Source: an uncultured Thermoleophilia bacterium
GTDB taxonomy: Bacteria > Actinomycetota > Thermoleophilia > UBA2241
Direction: 5' to 3'
Length of the DNA: 56,413 bases
Assembly: GCA_963848545.1 (NCBI GenBank)
Contig: CAWKEZ010000037.1
Coordinates: forward strand, 1-56,413
Position 1 is the first letter of the stretch. Each line of letters starts with the position of its first letter. Of the stretch, positions 19,895 through 29,158 are shown one piece after another. The notes under the pieces are model-generated. The model was given only the letters and a program-made list of their open reading frames with translations. It did no database searches and was not told the origin of the DNA. The position numbers and the translations under genes were made by a program.

Positions 19895-20392
19895 TCATCC
19901 GCCGTTCGGGAATACCGGCCAGCCTTTGTCTGACACCGATTCGGCGAGCACCAGAAGCGTCTCGAACTGCATTACACCGGGGATCTTGGCCAGGTCTACC
20001 CGCACCATCTGGGCGAGATGGTCGAGGTCGCGGACGGCGAGAAGGATGATCATGTCGAACTGCCCGGTGACGTGGTAGCAGACGCGCACACCCAGAACGT
20101 GTTTCACCGCCTCTTCGAAGGTGCGGATGGCCTCCTGGTTGTGCTCGCGCAGCTTCGCCATCACCACGGCCTGCACGCCGATGCCCAGCGCCGCCGGGCT
20201 GGCGATGGCGCGGTACTCGCGGATGGCGCCGCTGTTCTCCAGCCTGCGCACGCGGCCCAGCATGGCCGACGGGGAGAGGTTGAAGCGGCGCGCCAGGGCC
20301 AGGTTCGAGATACGCCCTTCGCGCTGCAGTGCCTCCACTATGTCTCTGTCCAGTGAGTCCAACTCTTCCTCCAGGGTCTCCGAGAGGCGCAA
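19895..20392 (-). CDS. Lrp/AsnC family transcriptional regulator
   Basis: Intact 165-aa ORF. It has an N-terminal HTH (LDRDIVEALQREGRISNLALARRFNLSPSAMLGRVRRLENSGAI) and a C-terminal RAM/AsnC_trans_reg domain. Confidence 0.85.
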   Translation of the reverse strand: MRLSETLEEELDSLDRDIVEALQREGRISNLALARRFNLSPSAMLGRVRRLENSGAIREYRAIASPAALGIGVQAVVMAKLREHNQEAIRTFEEAVKHVLGVRVCYHVTGQFDMIILLAVRDLDHLAQMVRVDLAKIPGVMQFETLLVLAESVSDKGWPVFPNGG

Positions 20393-20498
20393 TCAGCCTA
20401 TGGCCGAAAGTTCAGGCTGTCAACACGGAATGTGAATTTCATGCCGCCATATCGCCGCTAGACACTCCTTCTTATCGATTGCGAGATGGCAATACAGT

Positions 20499-21486
20499 TC
20501 ATTTGCCCTCGGCAACAACCTCGGCCAGAGCCTCCACAGTGGCCACGCCATCGTCTACCACCGCGACGTCGGCGTTGCCCATGATCGCCGCCTGCTCGTC
20601 AAGGTTGATGGCCACGATGAACGCCGCCTTCTCGATGCCCCAGTGCAGCGCCGCCGCCCCCGAGGCCCCGGCGACGACACAGACCACCGGTGCCACGCGC
20701 GCGCCGGAGACCCCGACGAGGCGGTCCATGGGGGCCCAAGCGTTCATCGCCACTGGGCGCGTCACGCCAAAGGCGGCGCCCATGCGCCGCGCGGCCAGGG
20801 CGATGCGCTCCACCCCATCGCGGCTCCCCGCCCCGTACCCCGCCACCACCACAAACCGGCTGCCGGCGAGGTCGCCGGCGCCCGGCAGATCGGTGAGCTC
20901 GAAGGTCTTCGAACGGCGCCGGGGCCGCCTCTGCCGACCCCGCGGGCACGGCCTCGTCCTCCACCTCGCCCAGGATGCGGTGCTCACCTGGGGCGGGGGC
21001 GGGGCCGTCGTTCCAGCTGGCGTCGATGCTGACGCACCACGGCCGGGCGCGCAGGGCAAAGCGCCCCATCAGGTGGTTGGAGTAGACGCTCTTGCGGCAG
21101 AGGAGGCGCTCCGGGCCCGCCTGCGCGCGCAGCACGTCGGTGAGCAGCGCTCCGCCGCGGCGCACAGCAAGCCGCGCGGCCAGCTCGCTGCCGGCGCAAC
21201 CGGGGGCGCATACGTGGAGCGCCACGTCGCCGAGCGACGTCGCGTCGCACGCCGCGGCCGCCAGCGCGGCCAGGCGCTCTGGCCGCCGCGCCGCCGTGCG
21301 CACCAGCCGCACGTCGCGAGTGGGCGCCAACCCCACGAGGCGCCCGCGCTCGCGCGCATCCGTGTAGAGGATCAACGTCTCCCCCACCAGCTCGCCGCTC
21401 AGGCCCTCGGCGAGAAAGCTGCCCAAGGCCCGCGCCTGCCGCGGCGCTCCGGCGATCGTCCCGTCGACGATGGCGACGAATCTCAT
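20499..21486 (-). pseudogene. etfA: electron transfer flavoprotein alpha subunit-like (one frame switch)
   Basis: The ATG at 21486 overlaps the etfB stop (ATGA). The N-terminal domain lies in the ORF 20599..22269 frame (MRFVAIVDG...). The FAD-binding C-terminus lies in ORF 20499..21059 (VVVAGYGAGS...VTRPVAMNAWAPMDRLVGVSGARVAP...VAGASGAAALHWGIEKAAFIVAINLDEQAAI). The switch is near 20905. Confidence 0.8.
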
Positions 21487-22328
21487 GACGGCCCGGTCAT
21501 GCCTGCCAGCAAGCCTTTCAGATGCGCGTCGTAGACCGTCTCCGCCTTCTCGCGCGGCGTATCCCCGGCGGCGATCACGCCGCGCCGGCCGCGAGCGATG
21601 GCCTCGAGCCCCGCGAGGACGCCGCCGGACTCGCGGCCCACCTCGGCGGTAACGTCTACGCCCAGCTCCCGCGGCGTCAGAGTGGCGATGACGTGGTCGC
21701 GGCGCGCGAGGCGCGCCGCCAGGGTGGGCACGCGCAGGTGCGATACCACGGCATTGCCCACTGCCAGCACGCAGGGGGGTCGCAGCGTGAGACGCAACAG
21801 GCCATCGCCCGTCACGCAGGCCACCCGCAAGCGCCCCGCGGGCTGCGGCTCTACCTCGGTGACCTCCGCCAAGCAGGGCCAGCCCAACGCCTCCGCCACG
21901 AAGAACGGCACGGCGCCGCTGTCGCCAGGGCCACAACGCTCGCCGAGCAGCAGCAGATCGCTGTGATCTATCGCGCGCGCGTAGCTTGCCAGAAGCGCCG
22001 CGGTGACGGCCGGCGCGAAGTCGAGGTTCACCTCCGGGTGCACCCGGGCCACGCGCTCGTATCCCAGCGCCGACAGCGTCTTCAGGAACGGCTCGGCCCC
22101 GCGACCGCCCACGGTGACGGCACCGAGGTCGAGCGAACCGCCGGCCGGGCCGCCGCCGGCCGTTGCTTCCGCCAGGCGCAGCGCCAACTCCAAGGCACTC
22201 TCGTCGAAACAGTTGAGCACGCGACGCACGTAGGCGATGTCTGCGCCGTGCGCCGCGGCGGCGACCCACGCGGCATCGCGCAACGCCTCGTAATCAGGGG
22301 TGACCTTGAAGCACACGAGGATCTTCAT
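21483..22328 (-). CDS. etfB: electron transfer flavoprotein beta subunit-like
   Basis: Intact ORF. MKILVCFKVTPDYE... is a typical ETF-beta/FixA-like N-terminus. The start is taken at ATG 22328; GTG 22337 is also possible. Confidence 0.8.
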   Translation of the reverse strand: MKILVCFKVTPDYEALRDAAWVAAAAHGADIAYVRRVLNCFDESALELALRLAEATAGGGPAGGSLDLGAVTVGGRGAEPFLKTLSALGYERVARVHPEVNLDFAPAVTAALLASYARAIDHSDLLLLGERCGPGDSGAVPFFVAEALGWPCLAEVTEVEPQPAGRLRVACVTGDGLLRLTLRPPCVLAVGNAVVSHLRVPTLAARLARRDHVIATLTPRELGVDVTAEVGRESGGVLAGLEAIARGRRGVIAAGDTPREKAETVYDAHLKGLLAGMTGPS

Positions 22329-22349
22329 GGCGCTCACCCTTCATAGGGC

Positions 22350-23792
22350 TCACTTCGGCAAGATCGTACCCTTGTTCATGATGTCGTTGGGGTCGAAGGC
22401 CTTCTTCAGGGTCTCCAGGATGAAGTACGACGACCCGTACTCGTCTCTCACCCACGGGGTGCGCGCTTTGCCCAGACCGTGATGGTGGACGATAGAGCCG
22501 CCCAGGCGCAGCGTCTCCCCACAGATGATCTCGTTGATGGGGGTGTGGTATTTGGTGATCTCCTCCTGGGGCTCGCAGTCGACCACGTTGTAGTAGTAGA
22601 CGAAGTACATGTTGGTGCCGTTTATGTAGCTGTGGGAAGAGTGACCGCCGGCCATGGTGATGTCTGGGATCTCGGCGATGATGCGGCACCGGGCGCTCTC
22701 GTAGATGTCGTAGATGCAGTCCCAGCAGCCGGAGACCTCGGTGGTGAAGCCGACGTTGCCGGTCTGCGCGATCTCTTCACGCTCCTCGGCGATCTTGTCT
22801 GGACCCCAGTTGAGGTCGGCGAACCAGGTGGCGATGAGCTTACCATCGACCTCCCGGCACTCGGGGTGGCGCGCCACGATGGCCGCGATGCCCTCGGCCG
22901 TGGCCCGGGCCACGCCCGCCGCGCCCTCGGCCATGAAGATCAGGATGCAGTCGTCCTCGGCCGCGAAGTGGGAGAAGTGGAAGGCGCCGTCGTCGGGGTC
23001 GTAGAGACGCGCCACCGAAGGCTTGTAACCGTTCACCATGACCTCGCGCAACACCTCGAAGCCGGTCTTCATGCTCTTCAGAGTGTAGCCCAGGAAGGCG
23101 TTGTTCTCGGGCAAGTAAGGATACAGCTTCACCGTGACCTCGGTGATGTAGCAGAGAGCGCCCTCGTTGCCGATCACCACATGGCGGATGTCGGGGCCCG
23201 CCGCGCGCCGCGGGACGTTCTTGATGCGCGTCACGGTGCCGTCGGGGAACACCGCCTCCAGGCCGACCACCATGTCTTCGATGCCGCCGTAGAGGGTCGA
23301 GAACTGGCCGATGCTGCGCGTCGCCACGAGGCCGCCCATCTGCGCCAGTGGTTTGGACTGCGGCGAGTGCCCGGTGGTCAGCCCTTGCTCGCGGGCGCGG
23401 TCTTCCAGCACCTGCAGCGGCGCGCCGCACTGTGCGGTGGCCTGCATGTTGTAGGCGTCGATCTTGAGAATCTGGTTCATGGGCGAGCCGTCGAGGACGA
23501 TGGAGTCGGCCACCGCCGTCTCGAGACCGCCCTCGGTGGCCGTGTGCCCCGTGCGGGGCACCACGTTGATGCCGTGCGCGTTGGCGAACTTGAGCACCGC
23601 GGCGACCTGCTCGGTGCTGTGCACCATGACCACCGCGGCGGGGAGCGGCTGAGTATAGACACCGTGAATCTCTTCGAACTTGCGGTAGCGGTCGACGCTG
23701 CTCTCCTGGAGCACGCGATGGTCGGTGATGACGGCCTCCGGGCTCAAGATGCTCTGCAGACCTGCGACGATGTCTTCTCTCTTCAAGTGCAT
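22350..23792 (-). CDS. FAD-linked oxidase (VAO/PCMH fold), alkyl-DHAP-synthase/YgcU-like
   Basis: Intact ORF from ATG 23792 (MHLKREDIVAGL...). The FAD_binding_4 region is VVMVHSTEQVAAVLKFANAHGINVVPRTGHTATEGG. The C-terminal part carries HSSHSYINGTNMYF and the tri-His motif VHHHGLGK. Confidence 0.85.
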   Translation of the reverse strand: MHLKREDIVAGLQSILSPEAVITDHRVLQESSVDRYRKFEEIHGVYTQPLPAAVVMVHSTEQVAAVLKFANAHGINVVPRTGHTATEGGLETAVADSIVLDGSPMNQILKIDAYNMQATAQCGAPLQVLEDRAREQGLTTGHSPQSKPLAQMGGLVATRSIGQFSTLYGGIEDMVVGLEAVFPDGTVTRIKNVPRRAAGPDIRHVVIGNEGALCYITEVTVKLYPYLPENNAFLGYTLKSMKTGFEVLREVMVNGYKPSVARLYDPDDGAFHFSHFAAEDDCILIFMAEGAAGVARATAEGIAAIVARHPECREVDGKLIATWFADLNWGPDKIAEEREEIAQTGNVGFTTEVSGCWDCIYDIYESARCRIIAEIPDITMAGGHSSHSYINGTNMYFVYYYNVVDCEPQEEITKYHTPINEIICGETLRLGGSIVHHHGLGKARTPWVRDEYGSSYFILETLKKAFDPNDIMNKGTILPK

Positions 23793-23832
23793 GACGGCAC
23801 TCCCTGGTATGTGTTCGCGGCTTGCGATGGAA

Positions 23833-25263
23833 CTAGTGAAAGATCGGATACGAACGCTCGAGGACCCCATCGGTGGTGTCGCGGATGGTTCTGTAGACGG
23901 CGTTCATGCGCGCGTACAGGTCGGCGTTCGGCGGATCTGGGGAAAACGTCTCGCGCTGCTTCGTCATGGCGGCCACGGCGGTAACGAAGTCGGGGTAGAC
24001 GCCGGTGGCCACGGCCGCACAGATCGCCGACCCCAGGCCGGCACCGCCGCCGGCCACGCTGCGCGACGACGGAATGCCGAACACGTCAGCGAAGATGCGC
24101 ATGAAGAGCGGGCTGCTGGCGCCGCCACCCGAGACGACGATCTCGTTCAGCACGATGCCCAGCTCGGCGCACATCGCATCGACCCGGCTCTTCATGGTCA
24201 AGGCGATGGCCTCGAGGATGGAGCGGTAGATGTGGGCCCTGGTGTGGCGCGCGTCGAAGCCGAGCATGACGCCCTTGCGAAACGGGGCCTCGGCGGGAGC
24301 GAGCCAGTCCAGGACGGTCATCAGGCCGTCGCTGCCCGCGGCGACCGACTGTGCCTCGCGTTCCAGGTACTGCTCCCGCGAGAGCCCCTGCGCCCGGGCC
24401 GCCTTGGCCACGTCGTCGCCGAGGATGTCCAGGAACCAGCTCACCGTCCACATGCCCCGGCGGATGCCGTGACTCTCATAGAGATACTGGTTCGGCACGC
24501 AGGCGAAGTTTGTCCAGAACTCCCTGGGCGTCTTCAAGTTCTGGCGGCCGTGCACCATGGAGGCTATGTAGGTGCCCAGCGAGATGAGGGCCGTCTTCTC
24601 GGAGAGCGAGCCCGAGCCCAGGGCCTCCACCGCCTTGTCGTTGGCGGTGGCCACCACCGGGATCCCGCTGGGCATGCCGGTGGCCGCGGCCGCGGCCGCC
24701 GTCACGTGCCCAGCGACGCTGCCAGGCATCTGCAGGTTGAACAGCATCTCGCGCGGGATGGCCCACCGCTCGAGGACGGCAGGATCGTTGCTCCACTGCC
24801 ACGTGTCGGTATCGATCGGCCATTGCCCCTCGATGTAGTTGGCGACCGTGTCGCTGAACTGCCCCGTGAAGCGATGCGTGATGTAGCCCGAGCTCGTGGT
24901 CACGTAGGCGACGGCCGGGTTGTCGGCCACGTAGGGCTCATACGCCCGGGTGTCCATCCAGCTCATCGCCGGCGACGCCAGGGAGCCGTCTTCTTTGAGG
25001 AAGGCGCGCTCGCAGCGTATGGTGCAGACGCCGACGCCGACGATCTCGTGCGGATCACCGCCGAACTGCGCCATCGCCCGGCGGCTGGCGGCGGCGATGG
25101 AGTCCCAGAGATCGTCGTCGGGGTGCTCGACGACCCCGTTTCGTGGGCGGCTCATGGGGCGCAGCGCCTGCCTGCTCTCGCAGACGACGCTGCCTTCGCG
25201 GTCGTAGATGGCCACCTTGGAGCTCTGCGAGCCGCCGTCTACGCCGATGATGTAGGTGCCCAT
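23833..25263 (-). CDS. FGGY-family carbohydrate kinase
   Basis: Intact 476-aa ORF. N-terminus IGVDGGSQSSKVAIYD; C-terminal domain VVSGGGASSPLFMRIFADVFG...GAGLGSAICAAVATGVY. Confidence 0.85.
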   Translation of the reverse strand: MGTYIIGVDGGSQSSKVAIYDREGSVVCESRQALRPMSRPRNGVVEHPDDDLWDSIAAASRRAMAQFGGDPHEIVGVGVCTIRCERAFLKEDGSLASPAMSWMDTRAYEPYVADNPAVAYVTTSSGYITHRFTGQFSDTVANYIEGQWPIDTDTWQWSNDPAVLERWAIPREMLFNLQMPGSVAGHVTAAAAAATGMPSGIPVVATANDKAVEALGSGSLSEKTALISLGTYIASMVHGRQNLKTPREFWTNFACVPNQYLYESHGIRRGMWTVSWFLDILGDDVAKAARAQGLSREQYLEREAQSVAAGSDGLMTVLDWLAPAEAPFRKGVMLGFDARHTRAHIYRSILEAIALTMKSRVDAMCAELGIVLNEIVVSGGGASSPLFMRIFADVFGIPSSRSVAGGGAGLGSAICAAVATGVYPDFVTAVAAMTKQRETFSPDPPNADLYARMNAVYRTIRDTTDGVLERSYPIFH

Positions 25264-25275
25264 CGCGTCGCCGCC

Positions 25276-26052
25276 CTAGCGAACCCGGTATCCGCCATCC
25301 ACCACCACGAGGTGGCCGTTCACGTAGTCGGATGCCCGGCTGGCCAAAAAGACGACGGCGCCCATCAGGTCGAGGGGCTCGCCCCAGCGGCCCGCCGGAA
25401 TGTGGTCTAGCACGCGCTGGTTGGTCTCGGGGTTGCTGCGCGTCGCGCTCGTGATCTCGGTCGCGTAGTAGCCCGGCGCGATGCCGTTGACCTGGATGTT
25501 GTACTGGGCGAGTTCGTCGCAGTAGGCCTTGGTGAAGCCGGCGAGGCCGTGCTTGGTGGCCGCATAGGCCGGCGACCACTGCCCGCCGAGGTACGAGAAG
25601 AGCGAGCAGGTGTTGATGATCTTGCCGCTACGCTGCGGGATCATGTGCTTCGCGGCCTCGTAGCTCAGCTCGAAGGCGGCGGTGAGGTTGACGTCGATCA
25701 TTGGGTCCCACTGCGGTCTGCCGAAGTCGAGTACCTCGGCGAGCTTGCAGATGCCGGCGCTGTTTACCAGGATGTCGATCGCGCCGAGCCTCGCCACGCA
25801 CGCGTCGATGATCTCCCGGCAGGCGCCCGGCGCGGTGACGTCTATCTTCAGGAACTCGTAGCGGCCGCCGGCGGCCTCGATCATCTCCCTGGTCTCGCCG
25901 TCGTCGTCCATGATGCTGGGGACGAAGACGTTGGCGCCGCCCTTGGCGAGGGCCAGCGCGAACGCCTGGCCAAGCCCCGTGTTGCCCCCGGTGACGATGC
26001 TGTTTCTGCCCTCCAGGGAGAAATAACCCATGGCGAAATCTGTGATGCCCAT
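25276..26052 (-). CDS. short-chain dehydrogenase/reductase, KduD/YgcW-like
   Basis: Intact from ATG 26052 (MGITDFAMGYFSLEGRNSIVTGGNTGLGQA). It has the TGxxxGxG motif, NSAG, and the catalytic YAATKHG (YxxxK). Confidence 0.9.
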   Translation of the reverse strand: MGITDFAMGYFSLEGRNSIVTGGNTGLGQAFALALAKGGANVFVPSIMDDDGETREMIEAAGGRYEFLKIDVTAPGACREIIDACVARLGAIDILVNSAGICKLAEVLDFGRPQWDPMIDVNLTAAFELSYEAAKHMIPQRSGKIINTCSLFSYLGGQWSPAYAATKHGLAGFTKAYCDELAQYNIQVNGIAPGYYATEITSATRSNPETNQRVLDHIPAGRWGEPLDLMGAVVFLASRASDYVNGHLVVVDGGYRVR

Positions 26053-26099
26053 CGTAGACTGTCTCCTTAGCTGCGGATTAGGCGGCCGCGTGCGACGCG

Positions 26100-28265
26100 C
26101 TACGCGTTGCTCGTGGCGACGCCGTCCGCTGCGGTCTGGAGCTGAAGCAGCTCTTCGGGAGGAATATGGCACTTGTACTGGTGCCCTGTTACGCCCTGCT
26201 GAACCGGCGGCTCCTGCTCCGCGCAGATATCGCCGAGGAAGCGGTGGCAGCGCGTGTGAAAGCGGCAGCCCGAGGGCGGCTCGCTGAGGCTCGGCATGGT
26301 GCCGCGCAGGGGGATGCGCCGCCGCGTTTCCGCGAAGTTCAGCGTCGGGATAGAGGAGAGCAGCGCCTCCGTGTAGGGATGGTGCGGCGGGTTGAAGACC
26401 TCTTCGGCGGAGCCGACTTCTATGAGCTCCGCCAGGTACATGACGCCGATGCGGTCGGAGATGTAGCGCACCACCGCCAGGTCGTGGCTGATGAAGATGT
26501 ACGACACCGCCTCGTTGGTCTGCAGCTCAACGAGGAGGTTGAGGATGCTGGCCTGCACCGAGACGTCCAGGGCGGAGGCGGGCTCGTCGCAGACCACCAG
26601 GGTGGGGTCGCCGGCGAAGGCGCGGGCGATGGCGATGCGCTGCTTCTGACCGCCCGAGAGGTCCATGGGCTTCTGCAGCAGAAAGCGCGGCTCCACGCGC
26701 ACGTCGGCGGACAACTTGTCGACCTTGGCCCGCACCGAGCCGGCTTTCGCCCCGGCCAGCTTGCGCACCGAGCGCGTGAGGATGGCGCGCGTGCTCCAGG
26801 CGGGGTTCAGCGTTGAGTCTGGGTTCTGGAAGACCATCTGGATGGCGCGCAGCGCCTCCTGCGAGCGGCGACCGGCCGTGGGGCGCAGCCGTTTGCCCTC
26901 GAAGGTGATGGCGCCGGAGTCGGCGGCGATGAGGCCGGTAACGCACTTTGCCAGGGTGGTCTTGCCACTGCCCGATTCGCCCACCAAGCCGAACGTCTCG
27001 CCCCGCCGCAAGTTGAGCGACACGTCGTGCACGGCGGTGAGCTTCTTGCGCCCGTCTTTGAACGTGCGTCTCACGGTGTCGATCTTGAGCACGTCGCCCT
27101 CGGTTGCGCCCCTGGCCGCCGCGCCGCTGGCCAGCACCGGCACCATGCGCGGCATCTGTGGCACCTCGGCAGCGAAATAGCAGCGCGAGTAGCGGGTGGC
27201 GTCGCCGACCGGCGCGGCGTGATGCGGCGAGTAGGCCTCCGGGTCGGGCGGCATGGACTCGGCCTGCGCACGTCCCTGGGGACCTTCGTCTCCGGGCCAC
27301 GCGTAGAGGTCTGGCTCGCGCCTGGTACACACCGGCTTGGCCACTGGGCAACGCGCCGAGTAGACGCACCCCTTGAGGGGTTCGCCGAGGGCAGGCAGCG
27401 TGCCGGGGATGGTTTGCAGCGCCGCGTCCGACTTGTTCATGCCGAAACGCGGCACGCAACGCAGCAGGCCCATGGTGTACGGGTGTCTCGGGTCGGTGAA
27501 GATCTCGCGCGCCGGGCCCTCTTCAACGAGGCGGCCCGCGTACAGCACACCCACCCGCTCGCAGAGCCGGGCGACGAGGCCCAGGTTGTGCGTGATAAGG
27601 AGGATAGCCGAATGGATGCGGCCACGCAGCTCCTCGATAAGGTCGAGGATCTCGGCCTCCACCGTGGCGTCGAGGCCGGTGGTGGGCTCGTCGAGGATCA
27701 GAAGATGCGGGTTCACGGCCAGCGCCATGGCGATGACCACGCGCTGCTGCTGGCCGCCCGACAACTCGAACGGGTAGCGATTCAGGGTCGCCGCGGGGTC
27801 GGGCAGCGCCACCTTGCGCAGGGCCTCCTGGGCGCGCTCCAGGGCCTCGGCCTTGCTGAGGCCCTCGTGGTAGCGGAACACCTCGGCGACCTGGTCGCCG
27901 ACCTTCATGGCGGGGCTCAGCGCGGTCGCCGGATCCTGGTAGACCATGGCCACGGCCTCACCACGCCACTTGCGCAGGGCCTCTTCGCTCAGCGTGCTGA
28001 CGTCGCGGCCCTCAACCAGCACCTGGCCGGCGTCGACCGTGCCGTTGCGCGCCAGAAAGCGTAGCGCCGCCATCGCCAGCGTGGTCTTGCCGCAGCCCGA
28101 CTCGCCGACCAGGCCGTAGGCCTCGCCGGGTTGAATACGCAAGGTGACACCCTTGAGCACCGGCAGGTCGCGGCCGCGACGGTGGAAGGTCACTTCCAGG
28201 TCGCGGACGTCGAGCGCGGCCGGCGCGGGCTGTGAGGGGGTAGTCTGGTAATCCACGGCGCTCAC
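26100..28265 (-). CDS. fused double ABC ATPase of a peptide/opine-type (Dpp/Opp/GsiA-like) importer
   Basis: Intact 721-aa ORF with two ATPase modules. Walker A: GESGCGKT and GESGSGKT. Signature: LSGGQQQR and LSGGQKQR. Walker B: LLILDEPT and LVVCDEPA. The start overlaps the upstream permease stop. Confidence 0.9.
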   Translation of the reverse strand: MSAVDYQTTPSQPAPAALDVRDLEVTFHRRGRDLPVLKGVTLRIQPGEAYGLVGESGCGKTTLAMAALRFLARNGTVDAGQVLVEGRDVSTLSEEALRKWRGEAVAMVYQDPATALSPAMKVGDQVAEVFRYHEGLSKAEALERAQEALRKVALPDPAATLNRYPFELSGGQQQRVVIAMALAVNPHLLILDEPTTGLDATVEAEILDLIEELRGRIHSAILLITHNLGLVARLCERVGVLYAGRLVEEGPAREIFTDPRHPYTMGLLRCVPRFGMNKSDAALQTIPGTLPALGEPLKGCVYSARCPVAKPVCTRREPDLYAWPGDEGPQGRAQAESMPPDPEAYSPHHAAPVGDATRYSRCYFAAEVPQMPRMVPVLASGAAARGATEGDVLKIDTVRRTFKDGRKKLTAVHDVSLNLRRGETFGLVGESGSGKTTLAKCVTGLIAADSGAITFEGKRLRPTAGRRSQEALRAIQMVFQNPDSTLNPAWSTRAILTRSVRKLAGAKAGSVRAKVDKLSADVRVEPRFLLQKPMDLSGGQKQRIAIARAFAGDPTLVVCDEPASALDVSVQASILNLLVELQTNEAVSYIFISHDLAVVRYISDRIGVMYLAELIEVGSAEEVFNPPHHPYTEALLSSIPTLNFAETRRRIPLRGTMPSLSEPPSGCRFHTRCHRFLGDICAEQEPPVQQGVTGHQYKCHIPPEELLQLQTAADGVATSNA

Positions 28266-29154
28266 TTCGAGAACACCGAGCTGAGGCCGTCGGCGATGAG
28301 GTTCACGCCCACCACCAGCGAGGCCAAGGCCAGGGCCGGGAACACCACCGTCCAGGGGGCACCCTGCAGGTTGGCTCTCTCGCTGGCGATAACGAGGCCC
28401 CAGTCGGGCGACGGCGGCTCGAGGCCAAACCCGAGGAACGACAGCGTGGCGGCGGTGAACACGGCGTAGCCGAGGCGCACGGTTCCCTCTACGATGATCG
28501 GCTGCGTGATGTTGGGCAGAATCTCGCGGGCCATCACGAAGGCGGAGCGCTCGCCGCGCAGGTTCGCCGCCATGACGTACTCGCGCTCGCGCTCGCCGAT
28601 GACGGCCGAGCGGATGGTGCGCGAGACGACCGGCGTGAACAGCGCGCCGATGACCAGGATGAGGACGCCGTACGAGCGGCCGAGCAGCGAGATGATGAGG
28701 ATCGAGGTGATGATGATCGGCAGCGCCAGGAAGGCGTCGACGATACGCATGATGATGTCGTCGGTGATGCCCCGGTAGAAGCCGGCGACGAGGCCGACGA
28801 TGGCGCCCCAGAGCAGCGCCAGCATGGTGGCCAGCGGTGCAATGATGAGCACGGTGTAGGCACCGGCCATGGTGCGCGCGAAGACGTCGCGCCCGAGATC
28901 GTCGGTGCCAAACCAGTGGGCGCTGCTGGGCCCACCCAGTATGGTCCCTGTGGGCGTCGTGGGGCTCTGCGTGATGTGCGTGGAGACGAGGGCCATGAAG
29001 ATCCAGAAGAGCACGATGCAGAGACCGACCAGGAAGGTCGGCTGCGAAACAGTGCCCTGACGATGAAGCGCCGCTGACGCCGCTGCTCCGCCGCCGCGGC
29101 GGCGTCTGCCTGCAGCTCCTCCGTGTGGCGATCGGGTGTGATAGCAGTGGCCAC
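28262..29154 (-). pseudogene. ABC transporter permease, DppC/OppC-like (one frame switch)
   Basis: ORF 28262..29014 is the membrane domain with the EAA-type loop (YVMAANLRGERSAFVMAREILPNI). The N-terminus (MATAITPDRHTEELQ...RRFIVRALFRS) lies in the ORF 28534..29154 frame. The switch is near 29040. Confidence 0.8.
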
Positions 29155-29158
29155 CGCG

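Noticed and set aside
20395-20423. TTGACA-N17-TAGGCT on the minus strand as the Lrp-operon promoter.
   Set aside because: The -10 element ends only 2-3 nt before the annotated TTG start (20392). That geometry fits neither a leadered nor a leaderless transcript. Either the start codon or the promoter call is wrong, so I did not list it as a feature.
22479-25410. Very long antisense ORFs: 22479..23984 (501 aa) and 23725..25410 (561 aa). Similar cases are 34583..36280 (565 aa), 32065..33687 (540 aa), 5930..7171 (413 aa), 20329..21534 and 12966..14099.
   Set aside because: They are Arg/Gly/Ala/Pro/His-rich with no recognisable motifs. They lie opposite genes with strong family signatures. This is the expected stop-codon-poor shadow-frame artefact of GC-rich DNA.
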